Below, piece after piece: positions 38,484-48,841 of a stretch of 64,000 nt of DNA (positions are counted from its first letter, which is position 1; each line of letters opens with the position of its first letter). The stretch comes from a virus. The stretch spans positions 1-64,000 of IMG/VR virus record IMGVR_UViG_3300009594_000003, one strand, 5' to 3'. The position numbers and the translations under genes were made by a program. The notes beneath the pieces are model-generated. The model saw only the letters and a list, made by a program, of their open reading frames with translations, had not been told where the DNA came from and made no database searches.

Positions 38484-39240
38484 AATCATCTGCTGGGGCG
38501 ACCGAATCGAGGATGTAACCATACGCTGAAAACTCGTAGTGGATTGACCCGTACTGGCCTTGTGGCAAGGCTCTTATCAAGTCGGAGAATTATGTCCTCG
38601 TTCCTGATTACTTTTCTCCCGATGTTCGCTGACCCATTACAATCAGCATTGATTACACGACCGTCACTGGAACGATAACGCCCACGACCCATGCGAGTAC
38701 CAAAAAAACTCATGCTTCACACCAGCAACGTACTCTGGGAGCGGATTACGGTCAAAGAAACTGGCTTTGCTGGTGTAGAACTCCTCCGTGAAAATAACCT
38801 CAAGTTGCACGATAAACTTGGAAACATGGTGGAAGTAGTTTTCCAGTCGGAAGTACCATTTCTTACTTTCACGCTTGGTCTTGTGCCTGTTGAAATGCTT
38901 GTTGATGCTCTTGCAAATGCGACCGTATGGGAGAAGTCTGATCGGAAGTTATCATAGCAAGGTTATTCAACCCAATGTCAATACAGTTGTTCGGGACAGC
39001 TTGTTCGTATTGTACGTCCACGATGAAGCCAAATCGCTTGGGTGTAATGACCACTTATTTGTAGGCTCTGGTACTTTGGATACTGAAGCAGTCGTTGGTC
39101 GGCGTTATGGTGTTCGGTTTTTGCTTAACCTTGTTCTGTCCTCCTTTGATGGTTTCATTATAGAAGATGACCTGAGCCAGTTTGTCCTTGTAGTAGGGTG
39201 GCATGGGCATCTTGACGAACTTACTCTTGTCCTTTGACCA
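38484..39240 (-). mobile_element. tnpB: Decayed IS200/IS605-family TnpB
   Basis: IDIGLNNLA.ITS (RuvC-I), R..RGRY.S..G..INADCNGSANI.RK; several frameshifts and deletions. Confidence 0.75.
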
Positions 39241-39263
39241 CTTAAAGAAAGTGGCAGAGCGAG

Positions 39264-39291
39264 CTTTACAACAGGTCGAGCGTGACTACAA
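39264..39291 (+). promoter_or_regulatory. Sigma70-like promoter of the pncA-vWA unit
   Basis: TTTACA-N16-TACAAT, then AGGAG RBS. Confidence 0.55.
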
Positions 39292-39336
39292 TACGGGTGT
39301 GGTCAGGACAACTCAACAAATAGGAGAGAATGAACC

Positions 39337-40212
39337 ATGCGAAAGGTCCATCTGGTCATCATCGACCCGCAGAATAGTTTTTGCAAAGTCGTTCCCCAAA
39401 CCGACCAGCAGAAACTCCACGACGGCGAACTGTGCGTCACCGGGGCCTGGGAGGATATGGAACGGGTCGGCGACATGATCCGACGCCTGGGCAAGAAGCT
39501 GACGCAGATTCACATCACCCTCGATTCCCACCACCAGTGGCACATCGCTCACCCCTGCTGGTTCAAAGACAGCAAGGGTCAGCCTCCGGCCCCCTTCACC
39601 ACCATGCGAGTAGAAAACGGGGTGATCATCGGTGCCCAATTCGATGCCAAGGGCGGTCTCCATGACGTGGGCGAGTATACGCCGACTCTCTTCGGCGAAA
39701 CCTACAAGTGGACCTACAAGTATCTCACCGAACTGGCTTTGGGCGGTCGCTACCCGCACGTCATCTGGCCGTATCACTGTTTAATCGGCACGCCCGGTCA
39801 CAACATCGTCGCCCCGCTGGAAGACGCCATCCTCGAATGGGAGCGTGTCGCTCGGCAGACCTGCGACAAGATCACCAAGGGGTCATGTCGTTTCGTGGAA
39901 CACTTCTCGGCAGTTCGTGCCGAAGTAACCTACGACCAAGACCCCAACACCCAACTCAACACCGACTTCGTACAAATGCTCGGCCACGAGGCCGACGAGG
40001 TTCTGATCTCCGGTGAGGCCCTATCTCACTGTGTCGCCAACACTTTCCGAGACGTTGCCAACGAACTCGGCGACGACTTCGTGAAGAAGTGTGTGCTGCT
40101 CGAAGACGCCTCCAGCAACGTCGGCAACTTCGAGAGCTACGGCAAGAAATTCGTCACCGAGATGAAGGCTCGTGGAATGCGAGTCTCTACCACCAAGAAA
40201 TACCTCAAGTAA
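39337..40212 (+). CDS. Nicotinamidase-like cysteine hydrolase (long isochorismatase-family form)
   Basis: IIDPQNSFC, TLDSH...HIAH, WP.HC..GT.G, KG, GEALSHCV. Confidence 0.82.
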   Translation: MRKVHLVIIDPQNSFCKVVPQTDQQKLHDGELCVTGAWEDMERVGDMIRRLGKKLTQIHITLDSHHQWHIAHPCWFKDSKGQPPAPFTTMRVENGVIIGAQFDAKGGLHDVGEYTPTLFGETYKWTYKYLTELALGGRYPHVIWPYHCLIGTPGHNIVAPLEDAILEWERVARQTCDKITKGSCRFVEHFSAVRAEVTYDQDPNTQLNTDFVQMLGHEADEVLISGEALSHCVANTFRDVANELGDDFVKKCVLLEDASSNVGNFESYGKKFVTEMKARGMRVSTTKKYLK

Positions 40213-40266
40213 CCGGACTGACTATTCGCCCCATAGTCTTTCCCATATACCAGAAAGGAACTAGTC

Positions 40267-40998
40267 ATGTCTGATGAACAGGCCCTTGAACAGCACAAGA
40301 TCGGGCACTTCGGTTTCAGTGCCGTCCACATTGGCAATCTCGGTGCGGCGGAATACACGCTCGTCACCATCGTCTGCGATCGCAGCGGCAGTACCAACGG
40401 CTTCCAAGCCGATATGGAAGCTGCTCTGAAGGAAGTCATCAAGGCGTGTCAGTTCTCGCCACGAGCCAACAACCTTCTGATCCGTGTCCTAACGTTCGAG
40501 GACTCGCACAGCGAATTCCACGGCTTCAAGCTGCTGGAGCAGATCAACCTCGATGACTACAACGGGGCATTGGCACCGGACGGCTACACCGCCTGTTACG
40601 ACGCCATGCTCGACGGCATCGAGGCAACCGACAACTTCGGCCAGCAGTTGGATGCCCAGGATTTCAACGTCAACGCTATCCTGTTCTTCATTACAGATGG
40701 CGATGACAACCGTTCCACGAACGGTACGACACAAATCAAGCAGGCACTCAGTAAGGCGGTGAAATCCGAGGCCCTGGAGAGCATCGTCACCATCCTGATC
40801 GGCGTGAACGTCATCGATCCGCACTTCAAGGAGCGGCTGGAGCAGGCTCACCAGCAGTGTGGTTTCACACAATTTATCGCTTTGGGCGATGCGAACAAGA
40901 AGACACTGGCAAAACTCGCTCAGTTCGTCAGCCAGTCGATCTCCTCGCAGTCTCAGGCGTTGGGAACAGGCGGTCCTTCCAAGAGCATCAACTTCTGA
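40267..40998 (+). CDS. vWA domain protein, TerY/YegL-like
   Basis: MIDAS DRSGS, G.TA.YDA, FFITDGDDN.S, FVSQSISSQS. Confidence 0.82.
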   Translation: MSDEQALEQHKIGHFGFSAVHIGNLGAAEYTLVTIVCDRSGSTNGFQADMEAALKEVIKACQFSPRANNLLIRVLTFEDSHSEFHGFKLLEQINLDDYNGALAPDGYTACYDAMLDGIEATDNFGQQLDAQDFNVNAILFFITDGDDNRSTNGTTQIKQALSKAVKSEALESIVTILIGVNVIDPHFKERLEQAHQQCGFTQFIALGDANKKTLAKLAQFVSQSISSQSQALGTGGPSKSINF

Positions 40999-41042
40999 AC
41001 TCTGTCCGTTTCGGAGTTGATTCTGACCACGCTGTTCGGAGC

Positions 41043-41079
41043 AAGACGCCCGGCCCGACATGTCGGGCCGGGCGTTCTT
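41043..41079 (+). terminator. Hairpin between vWA and pncB, followed by a second promoter
   Basis: ACGCCCGGCCCG-ACATGT-CGGGCCGGGCGT; TTTACA-N16-TACAAT at 41083-41110. Confidence 0.65.
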
Positions 41080-41131
41080 GTATTTACAGGCCAAAAACCA
41101 ACACTACAATGGTCGTGAAAGAAGGACCGCA

Positions 41132-42316
41132 ATGCTCAAATCGATTCTAGATACCGACCTGTATAAGCTGACGATGCAGCAGGCGGTATTGGAAAAATAT
41201 CCTGATGCCCACGCCGTCTATACTTTCACGAACCGAAGGAAGTCCGACAAGTTCCCTGATAAGTTCGAGGACTACTTGGTTTCCGGCCTCATGGCCTTAA
41301 CTAAGGTGGCGTTGTCGCCCGGTGAGGCAACATGGCTCGCCACGGCTTGCCCCTGGCTCAAGTCCTCCTACATCGAGTACCTCCGCAACTACCGTTTCAA
41401 CTCTTCGGAACTGTTTTTGAAAGTCAGGAATGACGATCTCACTATCACCATCAACGGACCTTGGCACCGAACTATTCTGTGGGAAGTGCCGATGATGGCG
41501 ATCATCAGTGAACTCTATTTTCAGCATGTAGTCACGGATTGGACGCACGAAGGGCAAGAAGAGAAGATCGCAAAGAAGGGTGAACTTTTTAAGGCAGAGC
41601 AGATACGTTGGTCGGACTTCGGTACTCGTCGCCGTCGCTCCTACAAATCACAAGATCGTGTCGTCAACATCTTCAAAGGCAACCCATTCTTCAGCGGCAC
41701 AAGCAACGTCCATCTAGCCCACAAGTACACTGTCCGGCCAATCGGAACTATGGCCCACGAATGGATTATGGGCCACGCCGCTCTCTGCGGTCTGCGGTAC
41801 GCCAACCGCTACGCCCTGCGTGCGTGGAACGATGTGTATCACGGCAACCTGGGGATTGCTCTTACCGACACCTACGGCACACCAGCTTTCTACAAGGACT
41901 TCGATGGCGTGTTAGCTCGTCTTTATGACGGCGTTCGGCATGACAGCGGTAGTCCCTTCGAGTTTGCCGATGCTGCGGTCGCTCATTACAAATCACTCAA
42001 CATCAACCCAGCCCACAAGACCATCGTGTTCAGTGATAGTCTGGACCCTCCATTGGCAGTTCAGCTTGCTCAGCGGTGCCGTCAACTAGGAATCAACGCT
42101 GTTTTTGGTATTGGCACGAACCTCACGAATGATTATGATAGTGGCAAGCCGCTGAATATAGTCATCAAACTGCGTTCACTGAACGGTGTCGAGGTCGTTA
42201 AACTGAGTGACGATCTCAACAAGGCGACCGGCGATAATGACGCCGTGCGTGTCGCCAAGTGGACGTTCTGCAATACACCGCTCGATAAGCCAGGAGTTCA
42301 GAGCTACAAGAGGTAA
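41132..42316 (+). CDS. pncB: Nicotinate phosphoribosyltransferase
   Basis: SILDTDLYKLTMQQA, DFGTRRR.S, GTSNV, GTMAHEW, ALTDTY, GVRHDSG, FSDSL, FGIGT.LTND, KLSD. Confidence 0.93.
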   Translation: MLKSILDTDLYKLTMQQAVLEKYPDAHAVYTFTNRRKSDKFPDKFEDYLVSGLMALTKVALSPGEATWLATACPWLKSSYIEYLRNYRFNSSELFLKVRNDDLTITINGPWHRTILWEVPMMAIISELYFQHVVTDWTHEGQEEKIAKKGELFKAEQIRWSDFGTRRRRSYKSQDRVVNIFKGNPFFSGTSNVHLAHKYTVRPIGTMAHEWIMGHAALCGLRYANRYALRAWNDVYHGNLGIALTDTYGTPAFYKDFDGVLARLYDGVRHDSGSPFEFADAAVAHYKSLNINPAHKTIVFSDSLDPPLAVQLAQRCRQLGINAVFGIGTNLTNDYDSGKPLNIVIKLRSLNGVEVVKLSDDLNKATGDNDAVRVAKWTFCNTPLDKPGVQSYKR

Positions 42317-42321
42317 CTGAT

Positions 42322-44331
42322 ATGAACGACTTTGGCCTCGCACGCATCACCGTTGTCAGCCCGGAAGTCAAGGTTGGCAACCCAACATTCAATGCTTTCC
42401 AGGTTGCCGATGCGGTCAAGAAAAACCCTGGATCGCAAATTTATCTTTTCCCTGAGTTGGGGATTACCGGCTATACATGTGCCGATCTCTTCAACTCGGC
42501 TACACTTCTCGAACGGACTGTGGATAGTCTAGTCTGGCTCAGCGAGCAGACGTATATGAATGACGCCTTCGTTGTGGTCGGTTTACCTGTCAAAGCAGAC
42601 GGCAGCCTCTACAACTGTGCCGCCGTTATTCACGCCGGGAAAATCCAGGGTCTCATCCCCAAGCAACATCTCCCGACGTACAAAGAATTCTATGAACGTC
42701 GTTGGTTTGCCCCAGCTACCGGCATGGAATCCAGGGCCATCAAGTTCGGGAATCTCTACATTCCTTTTGGTATCGATCTACTTTTCGAGGATGAAAACCA
42801 CCCCAACATCCTCATTGGAATCGAGATTTGCGAGGATGTGTGGACTGTCATCCCGCCCAGCAGCTATCAAGCCTTAGCCGGGGCAACGATCCTCCTCAAC
42901 CTCTCTGCCAGCAATGAAACAGTCGGCAAGGCCTCATATCGCCGTGATCTGGTTCTTAACCAATCTGGCCGCTGCATCGCTGCATATGCTTATGCCAGTT
43001 CTGGCTGGACAGAATCTACCACCGATCTAGTTTTTGGTGGTCACTGCATGATTGCCGAGAACGGTTTGATGCTTACGGAAACCCCCAAGTTTGAGCGGTC
43101 GGCAATGATTACTGCGGATGTTGATGTCGAAAAGCTGGTGCTGGAACGTGAACGCACTTCGAGCTTTGCTGACAACAAACGTCGGCAGGCTGTTCCGTTC
43201 CGCATCTTCCGAATAGCTCTGGAACAGCGGGGCGACGATAGGCTTATGCGGAGCGTGAATCCTCACCCCTTCGTTCCGCATAACACCAAAGAACTAGACG
43301 AACGCTGCAAGGAGATTTTTGGCATCCAGACTCGTGGCCTTGCAAAGCGAATCGAAACAGCCAATGTCAACCGCATGGTAATTGGTGTCTCCGGTGGTTT
43401 AGACTCTACGCTCGCTCTCTTGGTTGCAGCCAAAGCGTGTGATCTAGTTGGCAAGCCGCACAGTACCATCCTGGGGATTACCATGCCGGGTTTCGGCACA
43501 ACAAGCCGGACCAAGAACAACGCCATCAAGTTGATGGAAGCATTGGGCGTCGAGCAGAAAACCATCGACATTCGCCCGGCTACCCTTCATGCCCTGTGTG
43601 ATATACAACACAGGCCATTCGGGATTAAACTTGAAGCTCACTACCCGTATCCAGGCAGTGCGGTTGAAGCGTTGCAGGCACAACTTGCCAACCTGCCACA
43701 CGACAATCGCCACGATCTGGTGTTCGAGAACGTCCAGGCTAGACTCAGGACGTTCCTGTTGATGTCGCATGGTTTCGTCGTCGGCACAGGCGATCTATCG
43801 GAGCTTGCCCTGGGCTGGTGTACGTACAACGGCGATCACATGTCGATGTACAATCCCAACTGTAGCATCCCAAAAACACTGGTGAAGTTCCTTGTGGAAT
43901 ATGTTGCAGAAAACGAAGTGAGAAACTTTGTTAACAGCGACAACACTCTGGTGGACATCTGCAAGACAACAATTTCTCCCGAACTGTTGCCAGCGGGTGC
44001 GGATGGCAACATTCTACAGTCCACCGAGGATGTTGTCGGCCCCTACGAACTGATTGACTTCTTCATGTTCTGTATGATCCGGTGCGGATACGGGCCGAAG
44101 AAGACTTTGTACCTCGCCGAACACGCTGAGTTCAATACAAAGTACACACGAGACCAACTGAAAAATTGGTTGAAGGCTTTCTATTTCCGGTTCTTCTCCT
44201 CGCAATTCAAGCGGTCTTGTGTGCCTGACGGCCCGAAGGTCGGGTCGGTTTCTCTGTCGCCGAGAGGCGACTGGCGTATGCCCAGCGATGCTGATGTATC
44301 AATTTGGGTCAGCGAGGTTGACGAAGCATGA
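42322..44331 (+). CDS. nadE: Glutamine-dependent NAD+ synthetase
   Basis: nitrilase domain FPEL..TGY, PK, EICED; synthetase SGGLDS, ENVQAR, GTGDLSE, QFKRSC.PDGPKVG. Confidence 0.95.
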   Translation: MNDFGLARITVVSPEVKVGNPTFNAFQVADAVKKNPGSQIYLFPELGITGYTCADLFNSATLLERTVDSLVWLSEQTYMNDAFVVVGLPVKADGSLYNCAAVIHAGKIQGLIPKQHLPTYKEFYERRWFAPATGMESRAIKFGNLYIPFGIDLLFEDENHPNILIGIEICEDVWTVIPPSSYQALAGATILLNLSASNETVGKASYRRDLVLNQSGRCIAAYAYASSGWTESTTDLVFGGHCMIAENGLMLTETPKFERSAMITADVDVEKLVLERERTSSFADNKRRQAVPFRIFRIALEQRGDDRLMRSVNPHPFVPHNTKELDERCKEIFGIQTRGLAKRIETANVNRMVIGVSGGLDSTLALLVAAKACDLVGKPHSTILGITMPGFGTTSRTKNNAIKLMEALGVEQKTIDIRPATLHALCDIQHRPFGIKLEAHYPYPGSAVEALQAQLANLPHDNRHDLVFENVQARLRTFLLMSHGFVVGTGDLSELALGWCTYNGDHMSMYNPNCSIPKTLVKFLVEYVAENEVRNFVNSDNTLVDICKTTISPELLPAGADGNILQSTEDVVGPYELIDFFMFCMIRCGYGPKKTLYLAEHAEFNTKYTRDQLKNWLKAFYFRFFSSQFKRSCVPDGPKVGSVSLSPRGDWRMPSDADVSIWVSEVDEA

Positions 44332-45179
44332 ACACCGACTCATTCTATGCCAAAGGTTCTACCCACCGTGAGAACCAGGACTACGCCACTCACGGCGAGA
44401 GAGAGGGGCAACCATTCGCTATCATTTCAGATGGATGTTCGTCTGCTCCACGCACTGATTTCGGGGCACGGATTCTGGTGCAAGCCGCCGTGCAATATCT
44501 CGGCGTGGCTGGATACAATGATGATTCATTTAGCCATAGTACGATCAATACGGCCCGTATTTGGTCACATGCCCTGGGCCTGCCTGATGATTGCCTCTGT
44601 GCTACGCTGCTCATGGCTATAGTTGCAAACGTAGATGTAGGAATGCCGCACGTTGACCAGCATATGTACAAGGTCTTCATCAGTGGCGATGGCTTTGTGG
44701 TTGCTCGGCACAAGGACCGCATGGAAATCCACGAATATAAATTTGCTCGTGGTGCCCCATGCTACCTTCGCTACAGCCTGGACCCCAAGATGTCCAAGGA
44801 CTATTGGGCAAAGTTCGGCGATGAGGTCACACATCGCATCTACATGATCGACAACAACGGAAAATCCGACTACCAAAAGGAGACGAAGAAATATCCTGCC
44901 GCTCCGTTCTTCTTTAAGTTGGAGTTTCCCGTCTCCGACTACCTTTGGGTCGCAGTGGTCAGCGACGGCGGCGACTCTTTCTTGGAAACGGTGGACCACG
45001 GCACCGGCCTAGAACCAACCGATGTTCCGGCCAGTACCGTACTATTTGAGCTATTCAACTTCAAGAATTATCAAGGCGAGTTCGTCCAGCAACGGTGCAG
45101 TAAGGCTTTCAAGGAGTTCGGCAAGAAACGCTGGCAGAACGCCGACGACATTGCTGTTGGGGTGATTGCGAGGGACTGA
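44328..45179 (+). CDS. PP2C-like phosphatase, TerY-P/YegK-like
   Basis: G.TH..NQD, ISDGCSS...D.GA, ATLL, GDG, VSDG, DDI. Confidence 0.82.
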   Translation: MNTDSFYAKGSTHRENQDYATHGEREGQPFAIISDGCSSAPRTDFGARILVQAAVQYLGVAGYNDDSFSHSTINTARIWSHALGLPDDCLCATLLMAIVANVDVGMPHVDQHMYKVFISGDGFVVARHKDRMEIHEYKFARGAPCYLRYSLDPKMSKDYWAKFGDEVTHRIYMIDNNGKSDYQKETKKYPAAPFFFKLEFPVSDYLWVAVVSDGGDSFLETVDHGTGLEPTDVPASTVLFELFNFKNYQGEFVQQRCSKAFKEFGKKRWQNADDIAVGVIARD

Positions 45180-45180
45180 T

Positions 45181-45798
45181 ATAAGAATCGGACTTCTAGG
45201 CGAGGCCTTTGACCCAATTACCTGTGCCCACATGGACATGGCTAGAGTTGGACTAGAAGTGTTCGATGAAGTCTAGCTCATGCCATGTAATACACATCCT
45301 TGGGACAAAGAAATGGCCCACGGCTCAGACCGTCTTCATATGATTGAGTTGGCGACTCAACACACCCCCAAAATAAAACCGTGCCCCTACGAACTAGAAA
45401 TGGCACCAAGTTCGTACACCTACGATGTGGTGTGGAGCATGAGACATAAGGTGCGGTTCATGCCGATTGAATTCAGCATCATCGTTGGCATGGACAATGC
45501 CAACAAAATCAAGGAGTGGCATCGCTGGCAAGAACTGATCGAAATGATCCCTTTCCTTGTAGTAAAGAGAAGGGGCATCGAACAACAAACTGATTAGTTC
45601 CTGAAAGCTCCTCATATGTTCAAGGACATCGGGACGGTGACGGGCACACTGCAAACCAACTGCCTAGCCGTACCAATTAGTTCAACACTGGTACGGCGAA
45701 CCATCAGAGAGGGCGGCGATGCCCGCCCATTTCTGCACTTGGACGTGTGGAACTACATCGACAAGAAGGGACTCTACAAGAAAGGTCCAGATGAATAA
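45181..45798 (+). pseudogene. nadD: Nicotinate-nucleotide adenylyltransferase with ATA start and two in-frame TAGs
   Basis: single frame IRIGLLGEAFDPIT.AH...FDEV*LMP...R..M..LA...YT...IIVGMD...I.EW..W...TD*F...ISSTLVR...V..YI....LY. Confidence 0.82.
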
Positions 45799-46609
45799 AT
45801 GTTGCGTCTACATGGTGAATCAACATCCGCTGTACATGAACATGGCTTGTAACAGCATAGCCATGTTAAGGAAACATTCGGCCATTCCAGTTCGTGTACT
45901 GCTGATTACCGATTTCGCACGCACCACCTTCTCTAATACACGGAACTACCCCGGCTTGGAACTTGATGTGTCCGATGATGCTGTGAAACGGATGTCGGAC
46001 AGGTTGGTTGTTAAGTGCGAGGAAATGGGAGCGGAAGTAAAGGTACTGAGTCCACACGCCGCCGAAACAGACTACATTCATTGCAACCAATCCTACATGG
46101 CTACGGAATGCCCAGAGGAACTGGTCATGAAAATGGATGCCGACACCTTCCTCTTCGGCGACATCGAGCCTGTTTTCAACGCATACGATGGATACGATGT
46201 AGTCGCCCTGGAAGCGGACTGGTTCAAGAAAGAAAAAGAATGGAAGCCTGAATGGTTCGGGAATCAGACGCCACTCTCTACAGCGGTGATTCTGTTCCGA
46301 AACGAAACGGCCAAACGCTGGGGAGAATTCTTGCCAGGGATGTGTCGGGCGTATGCCGAGGGCGACTCTGACGCCGCTATCTGGGCACGAAACAGAAAAA
46401 TCTTGTATTTGCGGGACGAACTTTCCTTAACACCATTCGTCATCTGCAATACACTGAAATGGAGGCTGTTCAGGGAAGAACACTGTTGCCAGATCAGTGC
46501 CCCGGAGTTTTGGAAAAACATCATTGCACACGCCTTCGGCTACAATTGGCTGAAGGCTTATCAGATGCTCACAGGGAGCAAAGACTTGCCGTTGAGGGCC
46601 GCTCAATGA
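45791..46609 (+). CDS. Glycosyltransferase-like protein (GT-A fold, GT8-like)
   Basis: Y..MA.NSI..LR, MDADT DxD motif, DE..L. Confidence 0.6.
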   Translation: MNKCCVYMVNQHPLYMNMACNSIAMLRKHSAIPVRVLLITDFARTTFSNTRNYPGLELDVSDDAVKRMSDRLVVKCEEMGAEVKVLSPHAAETDYIHCNQSYMATECPEELVMKMDADTFLFGDIEPVFNAYDGYDVVALEADWFKKEKEWKPEWFGNQTPLSTAVILFRNETAKRWGEFLPGMCRAYAEGDSDAAIWARNRKILYLRDELSLTPFVICNTLKWRLFREEHCCQISAPEFWKNIIAHAFGYNWLKAYQMLTGSKDLPLRAAQ

Positions 46610-48345
46610 AGCTCTACTTGAAGGGAAGTGGCACCGAAATCAACCTGGATCAGCGGGACTTCATTGCCAAAGGCGGCGAGGGCAGCATCTTCGGCAAGGG
46701 GGCGATTGCCTACAAAGTCTATGACGACCCGCACAAGATGATCCCCGTTGCCAAGATCGGCGAACTAGCCGTCCTCGATCATCCGAACATCATCAAGCCA
46801 GACGTTGTGTTGCTAGACGGCAAGAACAAGCCCATCGGCTACACAATGCGATTGCTGAACAACACTCACGTCCTCGTCTCTTTGTTTACCAAAGCCTTCC
46901 GCTTGCGTAATGGTATTGACGACGCCATGATGCTCCATCTGGTCAGGGAACTTCAAAAACTCGTGGCGTTCGTTCACAGCAAACGTATCCTCATCGTTGA
47001 CCTGAACGAGATGAACTTCCTCACGGATGCCGGGTTCAAGGACATCTACGGCATAGATGTCAATTCATACCAAACGCCCGGCTTTCCAGCGACAGCAATT
47101 ATGGATACGATTCGTGACCGCCACATGACGGGCCACAATTTCAACCAGAACACCGACTGGTTTAGCTGGGCCGTTGTTGCCTTTCAAATGCTGATTGGCA
47201 TTCATCCGTATAAGGGATCGCATCCCGACTTTGAGACGATGCCCAAGGACGAGCGACTGAATGCTCGTATGACTAGAAACGTCTCGGTCTTTCACAAGAA
47301 TGCTACATGGCCCAAGGTGTGTCAGCCATTCGATGTCATCCCGCCAACGCTCAAGGGCTGGTTCGTTGACGTGTTTGAGCGTGGACATCGTGGCAACCCG
47401 CCTCCCAATTACGCCGCCGTGGTTGTGGCGGTCGCTACTGCGATTCAAGATATTGTCGGCACCGACCTGTTCGACATTCAGGAACTACAAACCTTCGCCG
47501 AGGAAATCGTGCGGGTATGCTCTACGGCCAACACCACGGTAGTTTTCACCAAAGATAATTTAGTCATTGGCAAGAAGCTCTACCCGCTGCCGTCGCCAAC
47601 GTGCAAGATCGCTTTTGCCCCGAAGACCGAGAACCCCATCGCCTTCTGGATTGACAACGGCCTCAAGGCGTTAGATGTAGTTTCCAACAAGCCGTTGTCC
47701 GTCCCAGCAACCGGCACCGCCCTCCTAGAATGCGACGGTCGTGTGTATGTCCAGAATGGGACATACCTCATGGAGTTTATGATCGGCGAGTTCCCGACCG
47801 GCGTGAAGATTCTGCCAAAACAGGTCGGCAAAGTTATGGATGTGCTGGGTGCCACGCAAATCTACGACGGCGTGATCTTGCAAAACGTCCTGGGAACTTT
47901 CTACGCCACGATCTTCCCGGTGAGCGGCCAGAGCCATCAGGTCAAGCTCACCGAGTTGTCCAAGTACCAGATCATCGACGTCAAGTACGAGAATGGTGTC
48001 CTGGTGGTAGTTGGCACAAAGCTAGTCTCGAAGCGGTCAATGGCAACCAAGAGCAAGTACGACCGTTTCGTGTTCCGCATGTCGCCGGACTACAAGAATT
48101 ACGACTTCTGGACCGCCGAGGACGTAACCTATACCGGAATCAACTTCACCGTCGCCGATCACGGCGTAGCGGTACTGATGAACGAGGAGGAAAAACTGGA
48201 AGCCTTCTCGGAGACGAAAGGATCATCGACTACGCCCAAGAGATTCGATGATGATGCCCTTGACACCGACATGAAGTTGTGTCACCGTGGCAGCAAGATT
48301 CTGTTCGCCAAGGGGAAGAAACTGTATTCCATTTCCATGAAGTAG
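46606..48345 (+). CDS. Ser/Thr kinase, TerY-P/YegI-like, with beta-rich C-terminal domain
   Basis: GGEG.I, AYKVY, H...I.I.DLN..NFL, ID..S.Q, TDWFSWAVV.FQML.GIHPYKG. Confidence 0.85.
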   Translation: MKLYLKGSGTEINLDQRDFIAKGGEGSIFGKGAIAYKVYDDPHKMIPVAKIGELAVLDHPNIIKPDVVLLDGKNKPIGYTMRLLNNTHVLVSLFTKAFRLRNGIDDAMMLHLVRELQKLVAFVHSKRILIVDLNEMNFLTDAGFKDIYGIDVNSYQTPGFPATAIMDTIRDRHMTGHNFNQNTDWFSWAVVAFQMLIGIHPYKGSHPDFETMPKDERLNARMTRNVSVFHKNATWPKVCQPFDVIPPTLKGWFVDVFERGHRGNPPPNYAAVVVAVATAIQDIVGTDLFDIQELQTFAEEIVRVCSTANTTVVFTKDNLVIGKKLYPLPSPTCKIAFAPKTENPIAFWIDNGLKALDVVSNKPLSVPATGTALLECDGRVYVQNGTYLMEFMIGEFPTGVKILPKQVGKVMDVLGATQIYDGVILQNVLGTFYATIFPVSGQSHQVKLTELSKYQIIDVKYENGVLVVVGTKLVSKRSMATKSKYDRFVFRMSPDYKNYDFWTAEDVTYTGINFTVADHGVAVLMNEEEKLEAFSETKGSSTTPKRFDDDALDTDMKLCHRGSKILFAKGKKLYSISMK

Positions 48346-48354
48346 GAGACTCAC

Positions 48355-48841
48355 ATGCACCCATCAGAGTACATCGAATTTCTCAAAACCGGCAATGGTG
48401 CCAAGGTTGACGGTCTGTGTGGCCGGATTATCCGGGGCAAGACGCCGTAGTGCTTCTCTCGCCTCTCCGATGATCCGAACCGCAAGGTAGTCATGCTCAC
48501 CGATGCGGAGGACTTGCAATCGTTGCTGGGAAAGAATAGCTATCAGATGCTCATTACCATCGGTCATCATCCCGACCACATCAACCAGTGTCTCAGCGAA
48601 GGCAAGAGCTACAAGATCGTGGTGTTCCCGGCCAGCAGTGCCCTCGAAGGCACTTGGGATAGTCGTGAAGCTCGGCTCCCAGGTTTACCCCGACGTGGCC
48701 CCAGAATTCGGACGGCTCCCATTCTCGGTCATCGAACAACTGGCCGGTTATCACTTCAAGGATGTCGATGATCCGACACATCCGAAGTTCATGTCGCACG
48801 AGCGGTTCCAAGCCCTGATCGTTCAGCCTTCACACCCCTAA
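48355..48841 (+). pseudogene. Decayed gene at the end of the kinase operon
   Basis: AGGAG RBS; MHPSEYIEFLKTG...GRIIRGKTP* then continues in frame; later frameshift; hairpin at 48840-48867. Confidence 0.55.
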
